Assembly (NCBI RefSeq): GCF_000315625.1
Contig: NW_005434612.1
Span: 267,038-331,037, forward strand
Source of the DNA: Guillardia theta CCMP2712
Lineage: Eukaryota > Protista > Cryptophyta
DNA: 64,000 nt
Reading direction: 5' to 3'
Part shown: positions 1-12,987 of the stretch, piece by piece
Layout of the letters: every line of letters begins with the position of its first letter
Position numbering within the stretch: position 1 is the stretch's first letter
The notes under the pieces: model-generated
Told to the model about the DNA's origin: nothing
Databases searched by the model: none
Seen by the model: only the letters and a program-made list of their open reading frames with translations
Translations under genes and position numbers: made by a program

Positions 1-331
1 CTTCTTTGTGCTCAAGAGCAAGAAGGACAGAGATTTCTTCTTCAAGTTCAACGCTTCCTTCAACCTCATCAACGTTCATGCAGTCAACATAGTGCTGGCT
101 TACCTGATCAGAACCTTCATTCCTAGGAGTCTGGTCTTGTACGATCTATGGAGCACGCTCACTGTCTCTTTGTTCTACACTCTTCTCTACCTGTTCATCT
201 TCGATATGAATGGGTATCACTTCTACATTATCCTGTCGCCTCGTACGCATTTCTGCTTTCTTAGTTATTCATTGATGTTGGGGATCATGGCCTTCATATA
301 TTACTGCCTTGGCGGGAGATTTGAATTGTGA
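1..331 (+). CDS. 3' end of a multi-pass membrane protein of unknown function (partial)
   Basis: Frame is open from the window edge to TGA at 329-331, has GC3-rich codons and several hydrophobic segments (e.g. LWSTLTVSLFYTLLYLFIFD). Confidence 0.55.
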   Translation, partial: FFVLKSKKDRDFFFKFNASFNLINVHAVNIVLAYLIRTFIPRSLVLYDLWSTLTVSLFYTLLYLFIFDMNGYHFYIILSPRTHFCFLSYSLMLGIMAFIYYCLGGRFEL

Positions 332-2307
332 GTCCGGTGGGAAATGGTTCTTTGTGTCAAGTTCTATCTCCATGGTATCTCACGGACAATAATGCCGAAA
401 AGTTTGTAGTCGCGTCACGGGATTCTAAGACGATTTTTGGTAAAAAACAATGCAGGAGTTGTTTGTCTTGGACACGTAATAAAGCAACTCAGCAGTCGGA
501 TTCAACTCGCTGGAGTCACATAGAGCATCATTTTTGCTCTAATCCAAGATTGACTTTTCACAGAGTGGCATTTGAATAGACAGCGCCGTAATTGTCAATG
601 TGCAGCTCTAATACAGCCGTCTGCTTTTTATCGATAGGAGAATGATACGATGTCGCAGACAGTTGCGAGTTTGGCCTAAATCATGATGATTGAAAGGTAT
701 GCTTGGGAGGACCCTAGGAGAAGACTTTGGCTGTTTTTTTCCGATCCTTTCAAGCACATCACGCCATATCAAGACACATGTGGTGCCTCCTTCGTTCTTA
801 TTTGTATATCTTTCCTAGAGTTATGTCGTTACCCACACGCTATTGCCTTTTTGTAGAAGGTAGACTTACGTTGAGGATGAGTTTCATGGAAAATCGGCAA
901 ATCTCTTCACTTCAACAAAACAAAGCGATGCAGGAGAGAAAATTAAAAAACAATATCAAGATGATCCAGGGCGATCCACCCCAAACACCACCCCTCATTT
1001 GATGCACCCTACCCATCCCAGAACACGATCTGTTGTAACCACCCCGTCATGGAGCAACTATCTGTACACTAAAGAAGCAATAAAGAAAACTCACTGCTTT
1101 TGCTCACCGTATCGTAAACCAGAGCCTGCTGTTTTTGTCTCCCACCACAGCATGCAAAAAGCAGAGACAATGTGTCTTCCCTAAAGGTATGTCTGCTCTT
1201 AAACTGCTCTCTCTTCCTCTCCTCTGCTCCCTGCCATTCGGTCTCAACCGCCCCCGTCAGTCCGATCACATAACCGATTCATCTCAGTAAAGACTCACAA
1301 CCATTTGGACATGACTGGGGGACGTGACTCATGTTGGGGGACGTGACATTTTTTCCTCAATATTGTGCCTGTCGCGTCTCGTAGCCTCCGGCAAACAGCT
1401 GTCCCACCGGATCACGTTTTGTCCAAACATTTCCTGTAAATATTGAAACTTGAACAATTAATTTTCAAAGGAACAGTGGTAAATTTAAAGTCACGCGTAC
1501 CTAATATTTTTGCGTGCCCGTTGACCAGCAAAATCCTTTCCGCCTACCACCCCTACCCTGGGGTATGAGGCGTTTGAGTGGTAGTCGTAAGGGTGTGCTG
1601 ATTCCCCATGTCCCCTATCGATATAAGGGGGAATCTTATCTTCAGTACCCCCTACCCCTAGAACCATAACCGTACCCTACAGGATACCCACTGTTCCCCC
1701 ACCACCACCCACCATTTTATAACCTCACAAATTCCACAGATGTACCCCTACCCTCCTCTTATCCATGGGGTGCTCCGTTCTTATCTGCAACCTAGGCTCC
1801 GGAAAACTATACTTTTCGCAATATTTTCTTTCGATGAGACTTGAAACAAACAGCGATTGGATGCCATCTCATCTGAAAAAAGACTTTTTGGTTCAGATCA
1901 GTATCTTCCAAGAGTCATGATTTTGCGACGGTTTGAAGTAACCTCAGACCCCTACCCCCTGGTTTCCCAGTCCAAATATTAACAACTACCACCTTTATTT
2001 TTACTACCCTACCCTTCCTCCACATTTCCCTTGCCCCAACCCTACACTAGATTTTCCTTGCGTTCCATTGAACCCCTGCGCTTCTCCCCGACCTCTTCAA
2101 CCCCCTCTGACACCCGAGCAGGCCCTACCCACACACACACCTCCCTCCTCTTCCTACGACCTCTCGTGGAAAAGTTCCGCTCCCCTTCCTCCCGTCTCAA
2201 AGTCTCGTCGCATGCAATGAGTCTTTCCTTTCTTTCGATTTCATCCTTGGTGTGCACACGTCTTCCTTTCTCCTCTCGTTTCATGTTTTCATGGGTAGGA
2301 AGGGCCC

Positions 2308-3317
2308 ATGAAGGATCAAGGTAGATGGAGGAATAGCAATTGCTGGAGTGTGGGCATACAAAATGAGTTGTATACTCGTTGGAACATGTCAAGTCAAAGA
2401 GTGGAATGGAAGGTATATGATAGTGCTTATCCGAGATCGAACGTGCGGTGCTCACCTAGTTTGAAGATGGGCATAGATGAAAGAGAATTGAAGATGATCG
2501 TGCGCAGACTCGCATTTTTTTCTAATACACTTTGCAGTTTCAGGATCATGATTTTTTCTCGCCTTTTCAACATATCTAGGGATCGCTGCGCAACATACCC
2601 TTTCGTTGCTCCTCCTACAGCCAAAGTGCAGGATCAATCTGAGGACGGAAATCATCAGGAGCAGGCCTCAAGACCTCCGCGCACAGAGATCGTCTCCTTG
2701 TTCGCCATCACAGTCCTCTGCGCCAAGAGGCTTCCACTCAACCCGAACAGGAAGTGCGCCCCTGTTGTCCACATGCTCTTCACCATGCCGGGGTACAGAT
2801 CTCAGCACGCAAAGACGCAGAAGCGGCAGACCAACTGGCCGATCTGGCAGGAGCAGTTCATTTTCTCGGTAGACCCTTCTGCAAAGATCTCAGAGGGGAT
2901 GGTGAGTTCAAGGGGAGGGCTCCAGGAGGAGCTGACGATGCTTTCTCAGGTTCACATCCTGCTTGAGGACTCTTCCCAGCACAAGAAGCTCGGGGAGTTC
3001 TGGGTCTCTTTGGAGAGCATCATGCAGGATGGCAGCTCGACCCGCAAGTTCAGTTTGGGCTCGGACGACAGCATGTCAGAGCCCTCGATCTCAGTCGCGT
3101 TTGACACCCTGACGGAGAAGAAGTCAAAGTCGCACATGGTGTCTCATAGAAAGAATGGTGGGTCTGTTGTGCCCAGCTACGCTCCAACTGACGTGAAATG
3201 TTGACAGTGTACTCCGTCCTTCCCGCGACGCTCTCGAGCTCTGACGAAGAAAAGAGGCATCTCGGTGCTGGACTCTTCACCCTCCTGCAGATCGCGCAGA
3301 GCTCGGCGGAGGACTAG
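2308..3317 (+). CDS. C2-domain protein, multi-exon
   Basis: LFAITVLCAKRL...HAKTQKRQTNWPIWQEQFIFSV...VHILLEDSSQHKKLGEFWVSL is a C2-domain pattern; short GT-AG introns (e.g. ~2902-2949); start approximate. Confidence 0.65.
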
Positions 3318-3413
3318 AGTGTTGCTAGATGTCGATGATGAACCTCTCATGTACAGTAAAGGGATCAGATAAGAATGGAGAGCGGTAGGCCGGTTCAGAG
3401 ACGCTGCGGCACT

Positions 3414-6400
3414 CTAGAGAAAACCCGCTGCCTCGTTGTCCACGTGCCATGGTGTGTCCTTGCCTTGCGCATACCTCCAGGGCAGGTATGAGGATAGGAG
3501 GGCAAGGGAGGGAGTCTTACCTGGCAGGGGGGAGCGAGTAGGGGAGGGGAAGGGGAGCCTGCAAAAGGCTAAGGAGAAGAAGGAAGAGACTAGTAGAAGG
3601 AGGAACGAGGAGGAGGAAACGAGTAGAAGGAGGAATCGATGAGGAGGAGAAGCTATGGTTGCTTCCAACCTCAATGTTGCTTGCACTCTCACGGCAAGAG
3701 ATGGTGGAGAAGAAGGACAAGTGACGCTTCTTGCCATTACCCTCGGGCAGGGTGGTAGTGGCTGCTAATGTTGCCTCCTCCTTGGCCTGCCTTCCTCCAC
3801 AGGTGCAGGAAAAATCTCATGGAAGTCAGTGAGGGAAGTTTGGATTTATCAGGCTGCTACCTGAATCGTTGTGGAGCAAGCTGGGGAGGAGTAGAACGCT
3901 AAATTCGTAGCTGGTGATGCTGATTTGACTGAATTGAAATCAGAGAAGCAGGAGCAGGAAGCAGGAGCAGGAGCAGGAGCAGGAGCAGAGGCAGGGGCAG
4001 GGGCAGGGGCAGGGGCAGGAGCAGGAGCAGGAGCAAGTGCAAGTGCAAGTGGACGAGGAGCGGCTCAGGGAGGCTTAACCTTGCATTTTTCTCAAGTCTT
4101 CCCCAGGCAGCACCAGAGAGGTTGTGGGAGCCAAGCAGGATCCACGCTACCCGAGTAGGAGAGGAAGGGGAGGACGAAGGCGAGAAGCGAAGCCATGTCT
4201 TGATGTGCGGCATGGCTCGCCTGCGGAGCTGAGGGTCCGAAGAACCTGGTGAGAGCAGGTGAGAGGAGGAGCAGGGGCAGGTGATCGTACCTGAGGACCA
4301 GCGACAGAACATCTTCAGCAAGAAAGGCTTGTGAACATTCTTAGAGAAGCCGGGGATACTGACAGGACGTAAGAAGTGCCACCCGTATACTGCTCTTCTC
4401 CGTCGCTTGTTCTCTCCCTCTCCCTCCTCTCCCTCCTCTCCCTCCTCTCCCTCCCGACCCCTCCTCCAACCTCCTCCCTGCCTTCTCCTCTCACCGTTCC
4501 TCTTACCTTTCCCCCATGGTGTAGCCCTTGGAGGATGTCCTGACCTCCTCCATGGTTGGCCAAATAAAGTGAGGAGGCTCCTCCGGCCGCCCGATGTTTT
4601 TCCCCTCGGTGTTCTGAAGGAGACGATCGACGGGGGCACATCAGCGAGCAAGAGGCAGCGGAGGCTTCAGCAGGGAGAGACGAGGAGAGGAAAAGAATGA
4701 GTGGGACATTGGGAGGGCAGGACAAGGAGGGCACGGCAAAGGAAGCTGGGTGAGGAGTAGAGAAGAAAGGTCACCTTTCCCTCACACAAGGAGGAGGTGA
4801 ATTCTTCAATCCACTTCTCGCTCAGGGATCCAATTGAAGTGCATTGCCAAACCTGGAGTGCAAAACCTTGAATCGTCATTGCTACAAGCTCCTTCCCCCG
4901 AAGACAGTAGCATACAACTCTCCCTTTCCTTCCTCTACTCTCTCATCATTTCTTCTCTTCTGTCCTCCGCAGCGACTATTCTGGTGCCGCCCCTCTCCTC
5001 TAGCCTTGGTCCCTCCCTCCCTCCCTCCCTCCCTCCCTCCCTCCCTCCCTCCCTCCCCTCTCCTCCTCTCACCATAGGACACTTGTTGAAAAGCGGGTCG
5101 AAAGTTTCTCGTGACAGAATTCTGTTGATGCAGCAATGAGAACAATCGGTCAAGGAGGTCTAGATCGTCCCACCTCCTCATCTTCATGTGGCCCCACATG
5201 TGCATCTTCTCGCCCTGGTGCCTTCCAGGTACAGACGCTACAATCTTTGCCCGCGCCTGAAAAACATGTTGTCCTTGTCATTTTCACCATCACCACCACC
5301 ACCACCACCGTCATCAACATCGTCATCATCATCTTCATCACCACCACCACCATCATCATCTTTGTCTTCATCAATCATTGTCATCATCATCGTCCTCGTC
5401 CTCGTCATCATCATCGTCATCATCATACTAACATTTTTGAAACTGTATCTACGAAGGTATTGAGCGTCGAGCTTCGACCCGCAAGGCAAGGTGGTGCCTT
5501 TCCATTGCGTCGCTTGAAAATACGACACCAGGTCATCTTCAAACTCACTCCTTTCCTCCCCCTGCAGCAAACAATTCAGAGCTATGCTTGCTCCTGTTTC
5601 CTCTCCTCCTCTCCTCCTCTCCTTCTATCTCCTTCTGCTCCTCTGCTCCCCTCCTCCTCTGCTCGTCGTTGCTTTTGACCATCTCCACTCCTATTTACTT
5701 CTTTCCTCTAGTATCATCTTCCGCCTCCTCCTCTTCCTCCTCCTCCTCCTCCCGTCGACCTCACCTCTCCCTTCAACGGGAAGTCCTGAGCCCATAGAGC
5801 ATCGGTCATATCGTAGTGATCGCCATGAATGTGATTCGCCGTCATCACCACCACCCTCACCCCCGTGTTGTACCCCAGCAACATCACTTTGCTGTGGTGG
5901 ACGCCGTACTGGGGCGTCGGAGGCGCGTAGCGAACGATGGAGGAGGAGGAGGGAGGCGAGGCGAGGGAAGAGAGGAAGGGATACATGAAGACAACTCTGG
6001 GGATGGAGGAGAGGAGAGCGATCTCTGACAGCAGCCAGCGCTCTTGCACCATGTAGTTGGTGAAGATGGCCCAAAGAACGTCTCCTTGCACCACGTCCCT
6101 CAGGCGGACTGCTTGCTCGTTGCCCGGCTCCTCGATCCCGTCGGTGTGGAACAGCCAGAACCCCCTCCCGTCTGCTACGAACTCCCTCCTGCCGTTCCTC
6201 GCAGCTCCCGATGCAGCAAGCCCTCTGAGCTCCTCCTCCTGGAGCATCCTGGCCAGCTTCTCATCCTCCTCCATGGAGGGAGCAGCCCTTGCTCCTTCTT
6301 TCCGTGGGACTTTGCTTGAGGGTCCAGCATGCTCTTCCCCAGCCCTGCTCCTCTTCGTCCTTGGATGGTCATCTTCGTCAGAGTCCAGCACTATCACCTC

Positions 6401-6734
6401 CACTTCTTCTGCATCCAGCTGGGTCAGAGCGAAGAGGGGGGGTGGGGTGAGGGGAAACGAAGAGAGGAGAGCAGAGGAGCAGAGGAGCAGAGGAGAGCAA
6501 AGGAGGAGAGGAGAGGAGAGGAAGACCTTTGGTCGCATGCTCCTTCTTGCCCTTAGGGTGGCTGTACTGCTCGAAGTGCTGGGGGTTCTTCCTGTTGCAA
6601 TCGACGCCATATCTGAGCGAGGGGACTGTATCACACGACGCGAGAGGGAGAAGGATGGGGAGGAGGATGGGGAGGAGGAGGAGGAGGAGGAACCTGCATC
6701 GTTCCTTCCCTGGCGGATTCCAGTCACTGCTCAT
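3414..6734 (-). CDS. TDP1: Tyrosyl-DNA phosphodiesterase 1 with N-terminal PBZ zinc finger, multi-exon
   Basis: Both HxK catalytic motifs present (GVHHSKVMLLGY...VVVMTAN; RAMPHIKTW...WILLGSHNLSGAAWG), plus IVASVPG, QCTSIGSL, FIWPTMEEVR, SYEFSVLL and LPLPYSLPP across exons. Confidence 0.93.
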
Positions 6735-7050
6735 CGCAGTCTCCTGTCCTTCTACTGCTCTCCCTGCCTATCCTGCCCCCCTCCCTTCAGCGCGTTTTTC
6801 CCACGGGGGGAAGGGCAGGAAAAGGGCCAAGGCAAGAGAGTGAAATTGACGAGGGGGGCGCAGGATACCAAGGCGAAGCAAGGGAGGCGAAGCAAGGAGG
6901 TAAGAAGTGGGAAGAGAGACGAGAAGAGAGAAGACATTGCAAGAGCAGGGCAGGCCCAGGAGCAGCGGTATGGGAGGGAGAGGGAGAGGGACTGCAAAGG
7001 CCTTATTCGCTTTATTCCGCTGTACAATGATACATGTTCACCCCATCCCC

Positions 7051-10000
7051 TCAAACGTCTGCGTCAGACATCTCCCACTCGTGCTCCTCGTTGGTCAGCG
7101 AGAGGCGGGAGTTGCGGAGGTTATCGATCACCTCCTCTAGCTCCTCCTTCCTCCTCATCGACTCCCTGATCCTCCTCTGCATCTGCATGCGCAAGTCAGC
7201 AGCGGCGGCATGCACGGGCAGCCGGCATGACCTGAAGGTGCTCCTTCTCCCTCTCCTTCAGCTCTGCCTCGATCCTCTGGACCTCACAGTCCATCCTCGG
7301 GTGCTTGTACGCCATCCTCTTCAGCCTCACCAGCTCGGCCCTCTGAATGCTGACCTGCTGGTTCTCCTCCACCTGCGTCCAACCCTCCTCCTCAGCAGCA
7401 GCCCAGCACAGGCTCCCCCTCACCTCATTCAAGAAGATGCAGACGTGCACGCGGTTGGAAGGGCTCTCGAACTTGACCTCCACCTCGTCCTTGTCCGCCA
7501 GCATGCTCCAGGAGACTCTCGCTGCGGGGCTGCCGACCCCTGCCCCCCAGCTCTCCTCCTCCACCACCCTATCATCCTCCTCCTCCTCCTCACCCTCCTG
7601 GACCCGATCGGGGTCGTTCCACCCGCTCGCTCCCCCCCAGAACGTGGACGAGTTCTGCACGATGACGCTCCCTCTCTTCCTGCACACGACGGAGATGCCC
7701 AGGTTGACAAACCCTGTGAGGCTGGAGACGCCTCGCAGCCGGAACACGTACCATCCTCCCTCCTCCACCTCCACGTCCCGCTGTACCACTTCCTCCCTCT
7801 CGCTGTCCTGCAAGCACAGCAGGAGCATAGTAGAGTCCGTTGCCGCCATGGCCAGCTGCGGGCTGGTCTCCCAGAGCATGGAGGCAGTGGTGGTGAGCCC
7901 GAGACGGATAGCAAGTTCCTCCAGCGTACTGATGTTCCCCTGGATCGTGTGGAGCCTGGGCTTCCGGAGAATGTCCTCCCCCTCCAGGGTGACTGTAAAC
8001 TTCATCTTCCCCTCCTCCTGCCTCGACGGACTCCCCGTCGAGCTGCCTCCCTCCTCGCTGTAGGACAAATGCAGCTCCCTCCTCCTCGACGTCACGGGGC
8101 GGGAGATGCGGCCAGCGATCTCATGGCACCTCCTGCTGCACTCGCTGAGCTGCATGCTCGTTTCGCGGAGGGAAGCGTGCAGCGGCTCGATGACCTCCCT
8201 CCTGTCTGCCATCACGTCAGGCGCGTACGGGGGATCGACCTCGTCTACCTGCGAGCAGGCGGTGCTCCCGGACATCCTGCTGGATTTTGGTTGCTGTATG
8301 CACGCTGACAAGTTGTGAAGTGAGCAAGAAAATTGAGAATGAAAATGTGGCAGAAAGGGGGAGGGGGGGGGGGAGGAGGAGGAGTAGAAATAGGAGCAGG
8401 AGCAGAAAGAGGACGAGGATTGGAACGAAGATTCGAGATAACAAGGATGAAGACAGGGAAACAAGGACAAAGATCGATGCGAGCCAACAAGAAAGACGAA
8501 GAAGGCAAGAGAGGAAGAGAAAGAATCTCAGTATTATCGGCCGACAACGGAGTAGGAGAGAGAGAAGATTGCGGTCCTCACAAGGAATCAAGATGCATGT
8601 AGATGGTGCTCTCAACATCATGGAAGCGGAACAAGGAGTTCATCCTCATCATCTGAAGATCGCTCGTCCGCTTATCCTGCAGTATCCTCCTCACTCACTG
8701 CGACTCTCCTCCTCCCACCCACCTGGATGGTGGAGATCGTGTCTAGGATGCCTGCTCCTCGGTCCTGCAAGAGCTCAAGAGCCTGGACCTGTTGCCTCGT
8801 CTCTGCTGCCTTCCTTTCCGCTGCTTCCTTGCTCCTTGATATGTGCGATCGGGCCTTCTTCACTCTCTCCACGTTCTCTTGCAAAACGCGCTGGAGCAGT
8901 TTCTAGCATCCATAGTAAGCCAAGGCAGCCGCTGGAAGGGGAGTAGGGAGGGGAGCAAGAAAGGAGGCAGTGAAGGAGGGAGGGAGAGGGAGGGAAATGG
9001 AGGGAAATGGAGGGAGAGGGAGGGAGGGAGAGGGAGAGGGAGGGAGGGTGGGGGAGGGAGGGGGGGTAAGGAAGAGGGAGGAAGAGGGAGGGAAAGGGAG
9101 CGGGCGTACCTCCTTCCTCCTTAGATCTTCCGCTTCTACTTCAGTCTTGAGCATCTTGATCAGCACCTGTCAAACATGTCTGTGGGTTTGTTTGGAGAAA
9201 TGTCGATGATGGTAAGTCACCTCATTGAGAGACTTGAGATTTCTCCTCCTCTCTTCCTCCACCTGGGCACCACGGGACCGGAGGGCTTTCGCTGCATGCA
9301 TCCCCTGCGTGTCTGCGGCGCTGAACATCTGAGAAATCTTGTCATCGACGATGAAGGTGAAGGAGAAATGAGAGGGTTGAGAGCAGAGGGGAGAAGTTGA
9401 AGGCAAGAGGTAGAAGAAGCCCACCTCTTCCAACGAGTTCAGCCGCTGCTGATATGCTTGCACCTGAGACTCGAGCGCTATCTTGTCATTCTCCCACTTG
9501 CTGATCATTTTCTGGGCATTGTTGCGAAGATCTTCTTTCTTCTTCACAAATGGATTCTCGGCCGAGATAGTATTGAGACTTTGGTTCAAAGTGTCCAAAG
9601 AAGAGAGATTTTGATCCTTTCGATCCTAAACATCTGTAAGATACCAAAGGCGAGAAGGAGCAAGAGGGTAAGGGAGCGAGGGAAATACAAAGAAGGTGAA
9701 GAAATACTTGTAAAATTTGCAGGAAGTGAGCAAAAGCTCGATCGCAAGAGACGAGCTTCGCGATCTCAAACTTCACTTCCTCAGCATCGTCGGCTTTCTT
9801 GAGGACATCAAGAAAGTCCTCCTGCAAACATCGTTTCATGCCAGGTCGTGTCATGTCGTGAACCGTCAGAGTCACAGCCGCACGTCACTAGAGAGCAGGG
9901 GGTTGGTGTTGCAGACAAGACAGACGACTGATCCACAGAAAGAAGATGTGCAGGAAAGAATCAAGGATGGGTTGAGGCGAGGAGAGAGGAAGGAAGGCAG

Positions 10001-11014
10001 ACAGGTTTTCGCGAAGGCGCCTTACTTGAGCAGCATGCTTGTTGTGCAATACTTTGAACAGATCCTGCAATAAATTTGCTCAAACAAGGTTCGCCATTCG
10101 TGGGGTGCACAATCACCTCCACGCTCTTCTCGCAATCAGGTCGATTGCATGCACTCCACTGTCCATAAAACTTCTCTTCCCACTCAATCACTTTCCTCAC
10201 AAGTGAGAAGACGTTCTCGTTGAAGAGATTGGCCAACTGGCAAGACAGACGCCTTCAGCACCAACGCATCGCACACTCACTGCACACACCTCCACCTCGC
10301 TCTTAAGATCTCCTGGGCTGGGCAGACAGCCTTCCAGGTCCTCCCACACCTTCTGCAACCTCGGCATAACTAAATCTCGAATGATGCAAGGAGGTGAGGA
10401 CCTTTACACGGCACAAAAGCTCGACATTCCCGTCATTCTCGGACTGCACATATCTCGCCATCATCCTTTGTAGGTCTTGCTTGCAGTTATCAAAGATCTC
10501 GAAACTGTTTTGTCGCTCCTCTTCAGCAAACCTTCACCAGACAGGTCATTGTTGAACATTACGGCTGTGCATACGAACTCACTCGATTTCGCTTTCATGA
10601 ACCTGCATTCGAAGGTGATCAAAGTCTGCGGCGACCACGTCGTCGTCATCGCGCACGAGTCTCTTGCACTTGAAAACAATCTTACAAGAAAGAAAGATAG
10701 CGAAACAAGTCAATGTCTGGCAACCTTCTGCTGAAGAATGTTTCGTACATCTCCCGCACATTCCTCGACAAGGAGCCAGTGAGACGACGACTGCATGAAA
10801 TCCTCCCTGAAGCTCAAGGTTCATTCGAGCAGCCAACAGTGACAGTGCTAATGGAAAGATGAATATGACGAACAAGCACAAGCTCAAGCTCAAGCTCAAG
10901 CTCAAGCTCAAGCACAAGCTCAAGCACAAGCTCAAGCACAAGCACAAGCACAAGCACAAGCACAAGCTCTACGGTAGGGAACAACTCACATTGTAGCCAA
11001 GATTGTGACCTCAT
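7051..11014 (-). CDS. Large multi-exon coiled-coil protein of unknown function (could be two genes)
   Basis: Chain of minus-strand coding segments (7196-8310, 8672-8884, 9170-9598, 9888-10236, 10460-10810) with E/K/Q-rich heptads and GT-AG introns; stop at 7051-7053 followed by AATAAA near 7011. Confidence 0.6.
10872..10968. repeat. Intronic (CAAGCW)n hexamer repeat
   Basis: Alternating caagct/caagca units. Confidence 0.9.
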
Positions 11015-11026
11015 CCCCTCCTTGAA

Positions 11027-11420
11027 ATTCGCCGCCCGGGCTTGGCCGACCGGCCCTGAGCGGCTCAGTGGCGGCGAGCCCCGCCCGGCCCCGGGATGCG
11101 GCCCCGCCGCGGGCCGGGCTCAGCTCTGCAGTGCCTGAAAGTCACGACTCGCCCTCAGGCCGCGCCGGCGCCCTTAAAGGCTCGCCCGGGCGCCGACACT
11201 TGATCGGACTGATCCGAGGCCAGTTCAACTGTGTCCGACCGTCCGACTTTCAAGTTCGACTCGACACTAGGGACCCGATCAATCAGCCGCGAGCCCGCCC
11301 TCCACTCTGGAGTCCTACCGTGCCGTGTCGCGAGTCGGGTCATCGGAGGGCGCTCGGCTGGTCCGATCGGAACAATAATGGCCCGTGACAGCCGGGGGAG
11401 GCTTCAGTGTGACTCGTGAC
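11027..11420. promoter_or_regulatory. CCGG/GGCC-rich island in a divergent intergenic region
   Basis: Very GC-rich non-coding tract dense in ccgg, ggcc, gactc/gagtc and cgatc, lying between the starts of a minus-strand and a plus-strand gene; similar tracts at ~52970-53310 and ~57790-57970. Confidence 0.4.
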
Positions 11421-11554
11421 AGGCACTGAGTTTAGTCAACGATTCGAGGCCGTCGAAGAGATACAATGGCCTCTCTTTACCACACGAGATGCTGACGGCA
11501 AAAAAGATTTCCGAAAGGAGTGCGCCACTCTGATCCCGCAGCAGACACCACACC

Positions 11555-11878
11555 ATGAGAATGCACACCAGCCAGAGCCTCCAAGACCTCCCCACCATCC
11601 AGGCTGACTTCAGCGCCCTCCTCGTCCATGACCATGACGACGAGAGCGAGCTGAGCTCACAGCAGAGCCTGGCCTCTCCGCTCTCTCCCCTGCCAGCGAG
11701 CAGGCGCAGCAAGGAGCTCGACACGGCCGAGTCCTACGAGGCGAGGCGCATGCAGGCGCTGGAGAGGATGCCGAGCCGACAGAGGCAGCTCCAGGCACTG
11801 GAGCACTGCATCCGGCTGCTCACCTCACCGGAGCGACCCGTGATCACGAGCGCGACGGGCCAGCGGATGCAGCTATGA
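11555..11878 (+). CDS. 107-aa unknown protein, copy 1 (inverted copy)
   Basis: MRMHTSQSLQDLPTIQADF...GQRMQL; strongly GC3-biased codons; AATAAA at 11958-11963. Confidence 0.7.
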   Translation: MRMHTSQSLQDLPTIQADFSALLVHDHDDESELSSQQSLASPLSPLPASRRSKELDTAESYEARRMQALERMPSRQRQLQALEHCIRLLTSPERPVITSATGQRMQL

Positions 11879-12663
11879 GGGGGAGGAGGGAGAGAAGGGG
11901 GGCGACGAGGGAGGGATAAGAAGGGATGTACGATAGGGAGGGGGGGACCGCTTGTATAATAAATGGCATGGATGAATGAAAGGGATCGAGTCTTGGGTTG
12001 TAGGATGGTTTTTCTCCGTTTTTCTACTACTCGCTGGTACTTCCTTGCTTGTCAGACGTTGCAAAAGCATGTATGGTTCCATGCATATTCCTCCTGTCAT
12101 TCCTCCTTCATACATAGTCTTGTCATAGAACGTAAGCATGAGTCATAGACTGTATTCCTTCGAGGATATTACTGTCACTCCTGGCAGCAAGTTGCTGGGT
12201 AAGGATTGTTGTGCTTTTATGCCCTTATTAGCGCAAGTGTTGTTACACACCGATTCAGATTCCTAGTCAAAATGAATGAGTCCTACTCCACCAGCCTCCA
12301 AAATAAAAGAGCCTGATTCCTTACGTGTTGGGCTCGACAATCTTGAATTGAAGAAGGTTGTAGGTTGCTCTAGGAAGATTTTCAACCAAAACACAGTGAC
12401 TCATGCTTACGTTCTATGACAAGACTATGTATGAAGGAGGAATGACAGGAGGAATATGCATGGAACCATACATGCTTTTGCAACGTCTGACAAGCAAGGA
12501 AGTACCAGCGAGTAGTAGAAAAACGGAGAACAACCATCCTAAAACCCAAGACTCGATCCCTTTCATTCATCCATGCCGTTTATTATACAAGCGGTCCCCC
12601 CCTCCCTATCGTACATCCCTTCATATCCCTCCCTCGTCGCCCCTCTTCTCACCCTCCTCCCCC

Positions 12664-12987
12664 TCATAGCTGCATCCGCTGGCCCGTCGCGCTCGTGATC
12701 ACGGGTCGCTCCGGTGAGGTGAGCAGCCGGATGCAGTGCTCCAGTGCCTGGAGCTGCCTCTGTCGGCTCGGCATCCTCTCCAGCGCCTGCATGCGCCTCG
12801 CCTCGTAGGACTCGGCCGTGTCGAGCTCCTTGCTGCGCCTGCTCGCTGGCAGGGGAGAGAGCGGAGAGGCCAGGCTCTGCTGTGAGCTCAGCTCGCTCTC
12901 GTCGTCATGGTCATGGACGAGGAGGGCGCTGAAGTCAGCCTGGATGGTGGGGAGGTCGTGGAGGCTCTGGCTGGTGTGCATTCTCAT
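12664..12987 (-). CDS. 107-aa unknown protein, copy 2 (Q10H variant)
   Basis: Identical to the other copies except SQSLHDL for SQSLQDL. Confidence 0.7.
   Translation of the reverse strand: MRMHTSQSLHDLPTIQADFSALLVHDHDDESELSSQQSLASPLSPLPASRRSKELDTAESYEARRMQALERMPSRQRQLQALEHCIRLLTSPERPVITSATGQRMQL

Noticed and set aside
328-1270. Short ORFs after the first gene
   Set aside because: No codon bias or recognisable motifs; likely intergenic.
1545-2045. Interstitial telomere
   Set aside because: The CCCTACCC motifs are dispersed rather than tandem.
7034-8308. 424-aa plus-strand ORF and similar long antisense ORFs (6057-7169, 54845-55966, 60000-60794)
   Set aside because: Shadow frames of GC3-rich genes on the opposite strand.
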